From positions 4,640,670 through 4,704,669 of the forward strand of contig NW_003526943.1 in the NCBI RefSeq assembly GCF_000181795.1: a stretch of DNA of 64,000 nucleotides. Direction: 5' to 3'. The translations under genes and the position numbers were made by a program. Positions 31,490 to 43,435 of the stretch are shown piece after piece; position 1 is the first letter of the stretch, and each line of letters begins with the position of its first letter. The notes beneath the pieces were generated by a model. It saw nothing but the letters and a program-made list of their open reading frames with translations, did no database searches and had not been told where the DNA came from. Source of the DNA: Trichinella spiralis. Lineage: Eukaryota.

Positions 31490-32159
31490 TCACGCTGATC
31501 CTTCGTCCGAACTTCTCTGTGCTCGAAATTTCACAATTTGGTCGCGCAACCAAGCGACCTTTTCTTCTGCCATCAGTTTGAACCTGAGCTGAGAATAAGA
31601 AGATCCTTCATGCGCTGCACCAACGCCAACATCACCTAAATAATTGAGCTGCTCGTCGATCATCTTTTCCGCTAATGCGAGCTTTCTCAAAAATTCAATC
31701 GCTTGATTTTCAGCCTATTTTTACAAAATTGAACAAATTAAATTGCCTTAAATTGCATTAACATCATGCATGTTATTCAAGATATATAAGGTGATGAAAA
31801 AAGAAATTAAACAAAATGCTCACAAAAGCCAAACATTCATTTTGCAAATGAATCAAAAAAATTTGCAACTGTTCGTAGATTGGAACCAAAAAAATGTATT
31901 AAGCATTAGTAAAAATAAAACACCAGATGCAAAATTGCAAAAATTCAAACTATCCCTTGGAGATGTTGTGAAATTGATGATATTATTAATTATCTACCTG
32001 CCGTGAAGCGGTTTTGTCTTTGCTCACTTCGGCCAAACACTGGCCTGCGCACTGCATCATCTGCACGATGTTGCGTTCTGCTTCGTCCAGTCTGGACAAA
32101 CGTTCGCTGAACGTCATATTGAAACCGTCACCTCTCGACATTTGGTCATTACCCTCCAT
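31490..32159 (-). CDS. MED11: Mediator of RNA polymerase II transcription subunit 11
   Basis: Exons 32159-31998 (ERLSRLDEAERNIVQMMQCAGQCLAEVSKDK) and 31714-31490 (QLNYLGDVGVGAAHEGSSYS). These match MED11 ERLRALEDIE...ELSKEK and QIRYL...HEGSSYS. The intron is phase-0 GT-AG. Confidence 0.9.
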
Positions 32160-32674
32160 CGATATTCTTCACCTGCAATGCAATGCACACAATTAATTAC
32201 CCAGTGGAAAAGTGATTAATTTACTGACAACAATTGTCATTTATAAATTATGCACAATTTTCTCATTTTTCAACAATTATTTAAATCCACTTCAAATCTC
32301 AAACATTATAAAGATGCAGAATAACACAATTGGTAGAGTTATTTTCCTTCTCAATCGATAATTATTATTATCAATTAGCAGTAATACAGAATATTTCAAA
32401 AGTGTAATTTTCAAAAAATGAAAAACTACATCACGACGAATGATCAAAAATAAAATAATGGTATCAAAAACCATTTGAACCAACACAATTTGTGGAGAGT
32501 AGTTAGCAGTGTTGTTTATTTCTGATCATCGTATCAATTAATTAATTAATATTCGCACAGTGAACGTGGATGAAGTTGAAATTTTAATTAATTTACATAA
32601 AAACCAAGCCAAGACAAGTGAAAATACAGCAAGCAGCCTGAGAACAATGGCCGTGGCAAAGTAAAATTAAGCAC

Positions 32675-32709
<35 letters not shown>
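32675..32709. repeat. (AGT)n microsatellite
   Basis: About 11 perfect trinucleotide units just downstream of the Shroom stop codon. Confidence 0.95.
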
Positions 32710-32734
32710 AAGGAGAATGTGGAAAAGCAAAAAT

Positions 32735-35700
32735 TCAACTTCTTTCCAAAACTTCTTTCTGCTCTTCGCCAAGTAGAATTTTTTCCTCAATTTCCTGAGT
32801 CTCGGCCAACAGTTTACTTTTCATTCGTATAAAATATTGATAATCGACCAGCTGTTCTTCGCTGAGCATTTGGGTTAAAAATTTGGCAAGCTGGCTACCA
32901 CGACGATGCAAATCCTCTTTCAACTCTTTCGCATCTTCAAGCTGTTCCAATAGCACAGCATGACGCTTTTTCGCCGCCAACTGAAACAACACGAAATTAT
33001 ACCATAAACAGTTATGCTAATTTCACTTTGATATTCGTATTGTGAAACAAGTTGAACAACAATTTAACATGCAATTAAATTAAATTAAATGAAAACCGTT
33101 CATGCTGAAAGTGAATTTATTTAGTTTACACATATGCAACAAATTATTTGCACTGACCATTTCTTCATCATTGTTCGAATCATTGTCACCGGCTCGGCTC
33201 AGGATCCGCCCAACTCGGCGGAACTGTGAGGCTAATTTCAACAACAATCTGGTAATCTTGTCCACATCTTCTACATATATTGCCACTTTCTCCTTTTGCG
33301 CAAAGGAAACGTTGTCCAACGCGGCGATCACAGCCAACAATTCAGTTCCCATTGATTCGTTGGTTTTGATCTCTTCTTCAATAACCCTTTTCTCCTCTTT
33401 CAGCACTTTCAACTTTCGACTGAGACGACTGATCAAGTCGAACTGAAATGATCATTATCATTATTAATCTTTGATTTCAAATGCTCTACGATGGTAATCT
33501 CAATCATCATAAACATAAATAAGTGAAATAAATAAAAATAGCAATTGAAAAACAAGCACAGCAGCACTTGTTTGTCATCCATTGTCATCCGTTAACTTCT
33601 TCAAAAGCAATCAAACTCAATTTACGAGGTTGTATTGTTAACAATGGCACATATTCTCTACCTATTATAACTGTTTATATTCAGTTTCCAAGCATTTACA
33701 ATTATTATTATTATTATTATCGTTGCTATTCAGCATGCAATGAAGAAAAGCTTTTTTTCGTTGTAAAATAAATTTCTATTTCAATCAATCTAAACGTTTT
33801 CTCCCCTTTTACTAATTTGATAAAATAACCAGTTTAAACTTGAAACTGATTCATTTTTTAAATTTTAAAGTAAAATAAATGCTTCAATAAAAAACGAAAA
33901 ATTCAATCATCCAATTTCAATAAAATAAATAATAAAAATTGCAAATTTTTCAAAAGAAAAGCACTGTTGAATAAATAAATAAACAAATAAATGGTCGTCG
34001 CATTATTCAAAGTGCAATGATGTTGTTCAATTATTGTTGTAACTGTTGCAACGACAATAGAAAGTGGTGCACTGCAATTGCATTCAACCGCATACAGATC
34101 CTATTATTCTCATAATTTGTCACAGTTTCGAGCACAACCAACGGTATGCGCAAAACAACAAACATATTGCCGGCAAAATGTTAAAATGAGTATGGTATAA
34201 AAAATAATTTAGAAAAAAACGACTGCATTCCGGCAGATGAAGCTTAAACGGAAGTAGAATTGAAGAGAAAAAAAAGTAAACGTAAAAAATTATAATTTGC
34301 AAAACGTGTTTAAGCAAAAGGCTTCATTCTATTCTGTGTCCTTCAAATGCAAATAACGAACAATTTTAAAAAATTTAATTTTAACAAACATATACAAGAA
34401 AAACCAAAATAAATACAAGCATACATACCTTTTCTTTTTCAAGTTCGGCCGTGTTCTGCACCGAGATCGGATTTTCAACGAAACTGGGCCTGATCAAAGT
34501 GTTGTCGGCGTCGTTCAGCTCCGTACCGCGACGCAGTGGCTTGGCCAAGCCGAAGGCGTTGTTCATCAGTGTCGACAATATAACATCCAGAGGCTTGCAC
34601 AGAGCGTCGCCTTCGTCGTATCCGCAGTCGTCCCCTTCAGCGCACAACTCTTTCTCCGCTTTAAGATGATGACTTGATTCCCACTCTTGACAGTCAACGT
34701 TTACAATGATCGGCTTTCTCGGAACCGGCGGTGCATCTCCTGGCTTCAACACTGGCACAAAGCATTCGTCCGACGACGATTGCCTTTGATGCGCTTGCGG
34801 TTGAAACGGATATACAGGAACGACGGTCCTCTTCGGAACCGTCTGCGGCGAAGAAGACGACGACATCGATTCAACTCCTTGTTGTTGCTGAAGTACTGCT
34901 GAAAATATACCAAATTCAAACGAATTGAAAAATGAATAATAAATATACTTTTATTACACAACACAAGCTCACCTTCAACACAATTGATACTGTTCGATTC
35001 TTCGACACTTTTTCTAAAAATTCATACAAATTTCTCCATAAATGGATATAAACAGAGATAATCAAATAAACAACAAAATATACTTAATCTCTAAACCACT
35101 ATCACGTGTCCATGAAGAATCATACTGAGATTTAACAGGAACAGCATAGACTAAATTTGATGAGCTGAAATGATAATCAAAAATTACGATAACATTTTTA
35201 AAATGCAAAATCTACAAAATCACCTACCTCATCACAGCTTGGGCAGCAGTTTCAGCGGCAGAATGGAAAAGCTACAAAAATGAACAAGAACAGTTAGTTA
35301 TAGAGCCAGATGAGAGAAATAGAGAGAGAGAAAGAGAAAAGAAGTTAGCATTAAAAAGTGATACACACGCCGCGTGTTTAAGGTGACGTTGAATAATCAG
35401 AGCGCAACTTAAACGCACGCCTATTGCGCAAATGACCGACTGGAACCCCGCATTGGTTGGCGTTGCATGAAAGAAGGCAGTGCAAAGCTGAAACTAGTTC
35501 CAAACGGCAGCCTAAGAAACAAAAAGCCTACCCAAATCAAGCCAACCAGTTCAAGCAAGCCGGCTAAACAGAAATCAAACTTTCTCATTTCCTACCTCTT
35601 ACTGACACTCCCTCCCCCCTCCCTCTCTCCCTCTCTCTTCCTCTTGCTCTGCATAAAAAAAACATACTGCTGTTTATCCGGTCATTTACCTTGTTTTTAT

Positions 35701-38700
35701 TAAATTTAAATTATTATCCATGCATTTTGAAAAATAGAAGGACAATAAAAAAAAGATAACCTCATCGTCTGCTTTGAATAGACAAGTAGAGAGAATTACC
35801 TTCTTTCTTCTCGTAAACAGTCCTTGATCTAAAAATTCCTCCTACACAACTACTTATACACAATGGACTTTGATTTTATTCAATGTCCACTTGGTTCAAA
35901 ATGCATGAACGATGATGGATCAATAACAGCAGCGTAAAAATAAAAAGAACAATTCCAACAATGCTAATTTGCATGCATGTTGCTTCAATCACCCCAAACA
36001 TATGCAAGTAGATGAATCACCGGTGCAAAAAAGTTTTTGAAAATTTACACAAAAAGTGAAATGAAAAAAATAAAACTGAATTTAATGGAAGACATAAAAC
36101 AAAATGGATCGTTGAAAATATTTCTCAATTATTCATCATTCCATCTTATGAAAACGAAAGTTCAAAAAAAAATCACATAAAGGTGTGTCATCAAACGCAT
36201 CAGCAATTTTCAATTTTGTTTCTTTTCATACAACACTTCCGCTGCACTTTTATTACACAAAGACATCCTGACATCCCTTACAGCTCGTGTTAATTTGATG
36301 GAAATTGAAAAAAAAATTTTTTTTTTCGTTCATGCTGTCATTATACTTTTCTACACTTTCACAAATACATGTAATTGCATGCAATTAGACTTTAAAAATG
36401 AAAAATGTTCCATCTCAACTAAGCTTCTACTTGCAATTAAACAACTTTCGATAATATAATATCCTTGAATGTTTCACTAACAGAAGAAAATAAATTTTTA
36501 AAGTAAAAATATTCACAAATTCTAAGACGGAGCATTTAAAGTGATGCTTGATATAATAATGCCCTTTTAAAGTGGATCTTTGCAACGCTTTTGCAAATAG
36601 TATAGTAATGTGCGAATTATGTTTAAAAGTTCAAAACAAAAACATATTCAAATTGCAAAACACGCAAATATGCAATGCATTGAAACATACAGCTCACCTG
36701 GGGTGGAATGGAAAGTTTGTCCTCGTCACCGGAAAACAGGCGCAAATCAGCTGAAGATGTACAGGTGGGATTCGACCACGCCCCATTCCCAGATAGGAAC
36801 AACGGATCAGCAAATGCTGCTGCTGCTGATTGTGCAGTTACCGAATCCTCCGAATCACAACGATCGGTTTCCAATCGGAATCGTCGATCAACAAGTACAG
36901 TATCGCCACTAACCAGCGGATCACCTCCATTACAAGTGCACTCTTGTGCACTAGCGATGCCGGATTCAGTGGTGATAGAAGAAGATGAGCTGCAACTGAA
37001 CGGAAGTGATCGTTTCTTCGGACTGATCGACCCGCCACTGCTGCTGTCCTTGGATGCGGTCCTCGCATGCGAAACAGCACCTTCCCTGCTGTAATTGCCA
37101 CGTTCCATTCTTGGGAGCAATTTCGCCGCAATCATCCGATGCCTCTGAGCCGATCGTCTCAAAGTTTCCATGTCGCAAGTGTCGACTAGTGACACTAAAA
37201 AGCAACATCATCTTGCAAATATAACTTAAAACTAACAAACAAACATATTAGAAACATAAAGTATTAGAAATAACAAACAAAATTTAAAACGCTCTGATGA
37301 AAAATCATCACACTGTACATCTAACTTCAACTAAATTGTTGTGCAAATATTTTGTCAAATAATTCTCCACTTATCTGCAATTCATAACTGAAACATTAAT
37401 ACTTTGAAAATAATTTACTTATTAATTTATAAAGTATCACTTTTATGAAAACATTTTTTCCATTTAGACTTGATCCATTTTTAAAAATTGCATTTTCACA
37501 TTTTCCATTAGTTATTAAAATTAGAACAAACATTTATGCAAAATTTCAAAGACCCGGTTATGCACTGCAATAACATTAAAGTAATTTCAAGAATTCAAAG
37601 AATATGCATAGCTGTGATTTGATGCACTCTAAGTGGGGTGAAATTTTACAGCTTCCCCCTGCCTAACCCATATGTTAAATAAACGCATTCGAAAAACTAA
37701 GCCAACTTGCTTAATAGCTATTGATTTGCTTTTACTAATACTAAACCAATAATAATAATTACTGCCATTATGGGATTTTCACCCGCTTCTCCTACGTGGA
37801 GCAACTTTCTGCAAATAGCACTTTCTACAGCAATAAACTGTCTCATTTGAAATCACTTATGCACCATAAAATTGAAGGCCATTAGCCAATGCTTGGACAT
37901 CTGGCATGCAAAAAGATACTGACTGTCATGAGAAATTTCACGGAACATATTATCCTTGACCTCTTTAGATAAATATTAACTGTTGCTTCGGTTTTATATA
38001 TAATCAAAACCCGATAAGTTATATAGCAGGATAGATAATTATAGCATAAAATTATTGTACCATACTGTAATCCAAACAAATAAAATGTAAATATTTGATC
38101 ATCTGTATTTAAAAGTAATTCGGGAGGGTTGAATTTTACTAAAAATTGCTTTCGCTAATATGATTCATTCCAAATTCATAAAATAAAACCTTAAAAAAAT
38201 ACACTGCTACAATATTTATTAACAGTTTGCATCTATGCAGCTGCTCGGATTGAATGCTGCAAATGCAATGCAAATGATTCGCAATGCAGATTCTTCTAAC
38301 AAGTAATCGACGCAGAATGGGGCGTAAACAAGAAAACAGTCCAAGGACGATGTCAATTCTAGGGACAAAGTGCCACAAGTAGTATAACCTTTAGTGGAAT
38401 TCTTCAACAAAAAGAGTAAGCAGCGCGGCTTCACTGTTCCAGGGTAAAGCAATTTCACAATCGCTTAAAAAATGCTTCACTATTCACTTACAGACTATTC
38501 TAAAGCCAAGCATATCGTTATCCAAAAAAGAAAACGAAAATTTAAGCGAAAAAGCAAAATCTATCAAATGCAAAACACACAAAATTCAAACTTAAAATTA
38601 TTCAATAGGAAGGATGTATTTCAACATCCCACCTACCCCTATGACGTTAAAAAACAAACAAAAATAACGAAGAAACTTGCTATGAATGCAAATAAAATGC

Positions 38701-41700
38701 ACTAAACACTTCAGCATTATGGCTATAGCTAATCAAATGCCTGTCTGATAACAGATGTGCCTTAAATTGCAGCAACTGTCCAAGGGTTTTTAAAATCTAG
38801 GATTAGCTTTTCTTGTATTTCTGTATAAAAGCAGACTGTTAAAAAACAACATACATAATAAAAATTTGGAAATAAATATTTCCTATCAGTCTGCTTATAT
38901 TTGCAAGTAGATATTAATAACGACATGCTCATTAGTTCACTTTGATACTACATCGCAACAAACGCTCGTTCTTGGAAATCTATATATTTCTCAACAGTAT
39001 TCGCAAAATTATATCAAATTAATTAATAATTTGATAAGATAATTTCAATAATTAATAAAAGATAATAAGATAATAAAAGAAAATATTCATACAACTGCAA
39101 TTTCTAAATAGAACCTGCCGTTTATTAACTTACAGTATTTCAAATGTATCAGCAGCTTTAATTGAAAAGGAATTAAAAGAAATTTAATACGTAAACCATT
39201 TTGTGTTATGCACACGGAGAACCATTTCCTTAAACTAAGTAAAATGGTAATTTCAACAGAGAACAACATTACACAAAATTAAACATGAATTTCAACGTCG
39301 AAAATACTTTTCATATTTATTTCGTTTTTAAAACAGCTTCTTTTCCTTTATTTTAGTTAGGATTCAACAGTATTTACAACTTATTTTGGAATTCCTGTAA
39401 ATATTATAAGCACAATAAAGAGATCAAACTCATTAACTGAAGAGTTGAGGAAATTTTACAGCAAACGCAATTTTTGAAGTAAATATACAATGCATAATAA
39501 AATATATATATAATTATTCATCATTGGTATCTCTTCTATAAAGCGCTATGTAACGGAAAGCAATTTAAAATAAACAGCACTGATTTGGAATTATATTTAT
39601 TGGACACGATTTCTCAAAAACCATACTTTAAAAAGATCATCTGTACAGCATATTTTAATAATTTTTAACAAGCACAAGAACAATGTTCGCTCATTTTAGT
39701 TAAATCGCATAAAAATTCAATGAAAACAAATGACAATAGAAATTACATAATAACCATTTACCGTGGAATAGATGAGGCGCCGTCACCGACTTTAAGTTGA
39801 CAAAAAAATATCATTTTTTTTCAAAACACAATGTGTATTAGCAGTATGAAAATGAGAAATTTCGTGAAAAAGAATTTTAAATATCATCGACTACATTTCG
39901 CTTATAATCAACTTGAAATAAAAATTTTTTCCTACTGTAGTTATTTGATAATTAACATGAACAAAAGTACGTTGAAATTTGCACGCTTCTTCAAACGTTA
40001 ATTATTAACTGAAAATTCTAATTGATTAGAACAGTTAATTATTAATTTCATTCGTATTTAAAATTACAGGAGTAACTGCTTTTTTGAACAGTTTTTGGGT
40101 TATATTAAAAATTAATGATCATTCAACTTGATTTCATTATTTTTTCAAGGTTATTATTAAATAAAAGTTGGATTATTAATTTCAAATCGTCTTAAATTTA
40201 TCAAATTGAATAAGGTAAAAATAGAATTTTGTCTACAACAACTGCAGCTATACAAAAAATTGATTTCTATCCTTATATAATTAGCATCGTAAACAAGAAA
40301 ATGGCAGTAATAATAATAAAAGCAAACATTATATTGATTAGTCATCGGTTAGAAATGTAAAATTAATGCTTCATGAAAGCGAATATATCGTTTTTGTTTT
40401 CTTTTGCATTCATTCTCTAAACAATGTATCGTATTACGACACGACCAGTGCCGTCTGTTTTAATATCATTGATAGCCAGTGTTTGCGAAAGAAACGAATG
40501 CCGTTTATTAAGCGGTCAACGCTTTACAAAAAGAATGCGGCGAATTCACTGCAGCAAATATTGCGGTCAGCCGCATTTCTGTGATTCACCACTGACCCTT
40601 GGGCTTGGTCAGTATTTTCTACTAGCAAACAAACAAATGCATATCTCGAAACCGGCGTGATATTTGACACCAGCCAACCACTCGTTCAAACTATATCCCT
40701 TGCCAAATAACAAGCATACTTTAGCACAGTTTAAAAATAATATTTTTTTTCTTTAAACAAAAGAGGCAAATTATATTTTACATGGGTATAATTTAAAGTA
40801 TTTGAAGAAAAAAATATTTAACGTTATCACAGAAAATAGTAGAATGTTCTCATCAGAATGCAATTCAAAAAGTGAATAACATTAAATTTTAACTAAATAT
40901 TGTCAAATTGCAATCATCGTTCAGGTCTAATTCACAAACTACATGAAAAGAAGACCAACTCATTGACCCAATCAAGGTATGCTTGACCTACAGCTGAGGT
41001 TTACTAGGAAAAAAGCAGTATTTTTGAAAAAGAAAACAATCGATGAATTGTAAATTTAAAAAAAAAGAAGAAAAACTTTTCATTTCAATTGTCATTCATT
41101 TTTCTAAACTGCTACTTAATTGCAAAATGTACTGTAAGAAAGAATAACAACCCCGGTACCCCATGCTCATTTGAAAGCTCAAGTGTTATTCAAAATATGT
41201 TACACTTAAGAAAAAACCAAGCACTCCTTATGACATATTCTATAAAATACATGAACATTTCAACATAAAGCTTACTTATGAAGCAAATTTTCTACGCTTA
41301 ACTGATGTTGATTTGCATTACATTTGATTACATAAATTCATTCGATGAGCTGATCATCAGATTTTGAAATATACAAGCGGAATACAATAATTGTTCAAAT
41401 GAATTCAAATAAACATTATTAACGCTCTTGTGTAATTAGCCTTCTTATTTGCTAATGACACATTTTGCTTGCAGTTTTAGTTGTTTGTTAGGTAAAAATC
41501 ACACTAAACAAGTCAATTTTAATTTACACGAAACAATGCTGTTGGTTTGCAGTTTAAACAACTTTTCAAGTAAAATATTTTCAAAATGTCACTCTTTTAT
41601 TATTTGCAGTGTTTAACATATATCTTAATTTACAACTATTATTCAAGTCGATGATGACAACGCGAAATGAATAGCCTTTCATAATTTACTTTCTCCTCTT

Positions 41701-42935
41701 AAGACATTTTATATTTTTTAAAATTGAAATATTACATTACAAGCAGAATTAAAGTTGATAAGAAAATCCAACTTCAACAATAAAAAGCATTTCTTATTAT
41801 CAGAAAATATATATTGTATAGAATGCTTGTTTCTATAGAATTATTCTGCCTGGTTATTGAAAGTGTTGTTGAAAATTAATAAATTATATTAAATTGCTAA
41901 ATTATAAGAATTAAATCAGGAAATACTGCTGAAAACAGCAACAAACAGGAAGTTGTGCTTTACAGTGCTTCGACTCAAAAGTACTCTTGAGCAAGAATGA
42001 AGCAAACACTTCACACATTTATGAATAGCTTCGCAATTTGAAAAGAAATTCTATGAATAACAATTTTTTAAAACTGTTCGTCGTTGCTGTTAAAGTTCAA
42101 AACTCTATTCAAATACATCATTCAATTATAATGTAAAAAATTGTGCTTCTTTTTTTCCATAATTAAAAAACTGCACAAAAATAAGAATTTGTATGAAAAA
42201 AGGGGAAATAAAATCTATGAGAAAAAAAAACATACCGTTGTAAAGACTTGAACTGGGTAGTTGCCAGCGGCATGGTACAGCACTGCTGTCCAATTCGGAT
42301 GTGTTAAAACCTGTACAAGAGCTTGATGAACTTTCGGATTCCAAGCCTGAATCCAAGCCAAATTTTGCCTCATCACAGTCAGGTGAGGGGGTATCTTCGA
42401 CATTGTCCATATAATCGGGTTCAGGCATTGCTGGCGGTGCGGAGGAATCCGTGCGACCGCTTTTTGCCAATCGCTTATAAATGCGCAGGTATTTTTGTGG
42501 AAATGAACCCAACTCATTGCTATCGCTGCGCCTTCTTGACCCGTTCAGTGCTGGTGATTTTTTGTATATTTTACCCGGAGTAGAACCGGAGCCCAATGAT
42601 CTGAACATTCTCAGCGTCGTTTCTTCGTCAGTCGACTCTTGTTCTGTTCCATGCATCATCGAGAAGCTCTAAATATAATTATTATAATAATTAATAATAA
42701 TAATAATAAATTGAAAATGATTATAATGATTGTTCCAATATGCGGACATGCTTGAAGTTCCTGAAACGTTCCTTCTGATACATGAGCAAACAAGGTCAGC
42801 TTATGGCTTGAACCTCTTCCGCCCTGCCCAACCTAGTAGAGTCAAGTTTGTTCCGCAGCTTGGTCTCACCTCCAGGTCATTGGAAGGTGAAGAGCAACAG
42901 ATCAAACAATGGTCGTCATCCTTTTCCAGTTGCAT
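32735..42935 (-). CDS. Shroom: Shroom-family protein with a C-terminal ASD2/SD2 (ROCK-binding) domain
   Basis: Frame-consistent exons 42935-42870 (tentative start), 42668-42236, 37194-36698, 35271-35228, 35164-35084, 35013-34973, 34898-34429, 33442-33158 and 32980-32735. The last two encode ASD2: LISRLSRKLKVLKEE...N..MG...DVDKITRLLLKLAS...QLEDAKELKEDLHRR...DYQYFIRMKSKLL...EEKILLGEEQ. The N-terminal part is Ser/Pro-rich, and the 5' end may extend further. Confidence 0.85.
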
Positions 42936-43404
42936 GCAACATTTCAAATCCCTCTCAATACCTCTATAGAGTCTATTCGCCGGACCGTAAACACCGTACG
43001 CAGCCAAGTAGGCCTGTTAGCCGGCCATTGCTTGACCGTCCTTTGAGAAGAACCTGAAAATGGTGTGAAAGAAAAGCAGCTAACCCCTCGTTTCTTGAAT
43101 AGCTTCATCTTGTAATTTTTCTTCTTATTCTTCTTCTTATACTTCTTTTTCGTCGTATAATGATAATAATAATTTTTATATACAGTCAGTGACAAATTTT
43201 CAACCAGTCCAGTCAACTGCACTGGCTGCACACAGTCGTCTGATCCGCACTGCACCGACGCTGTGTACACCACCAGCACAGCTGGTTAAACTCTGCTGAA
43301 TCTTAAAACCAACGCATGGTTGCTCATTGTTGTGCGATTGCGAGGCCATCTGTTGACAATTTTCATTTCTACACTTATTCACTTGATCGCTTTTCCATTT
43401 CACT

Positions 43405-43435
<31 letters not shown>

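Noticed and set aside
40533..40578. Possible hairpin AATGCGGC...GCCGCATT in a Shroom intron
   Set aside because: The stem is short and asymmetric and matches no RNA family I recognise.
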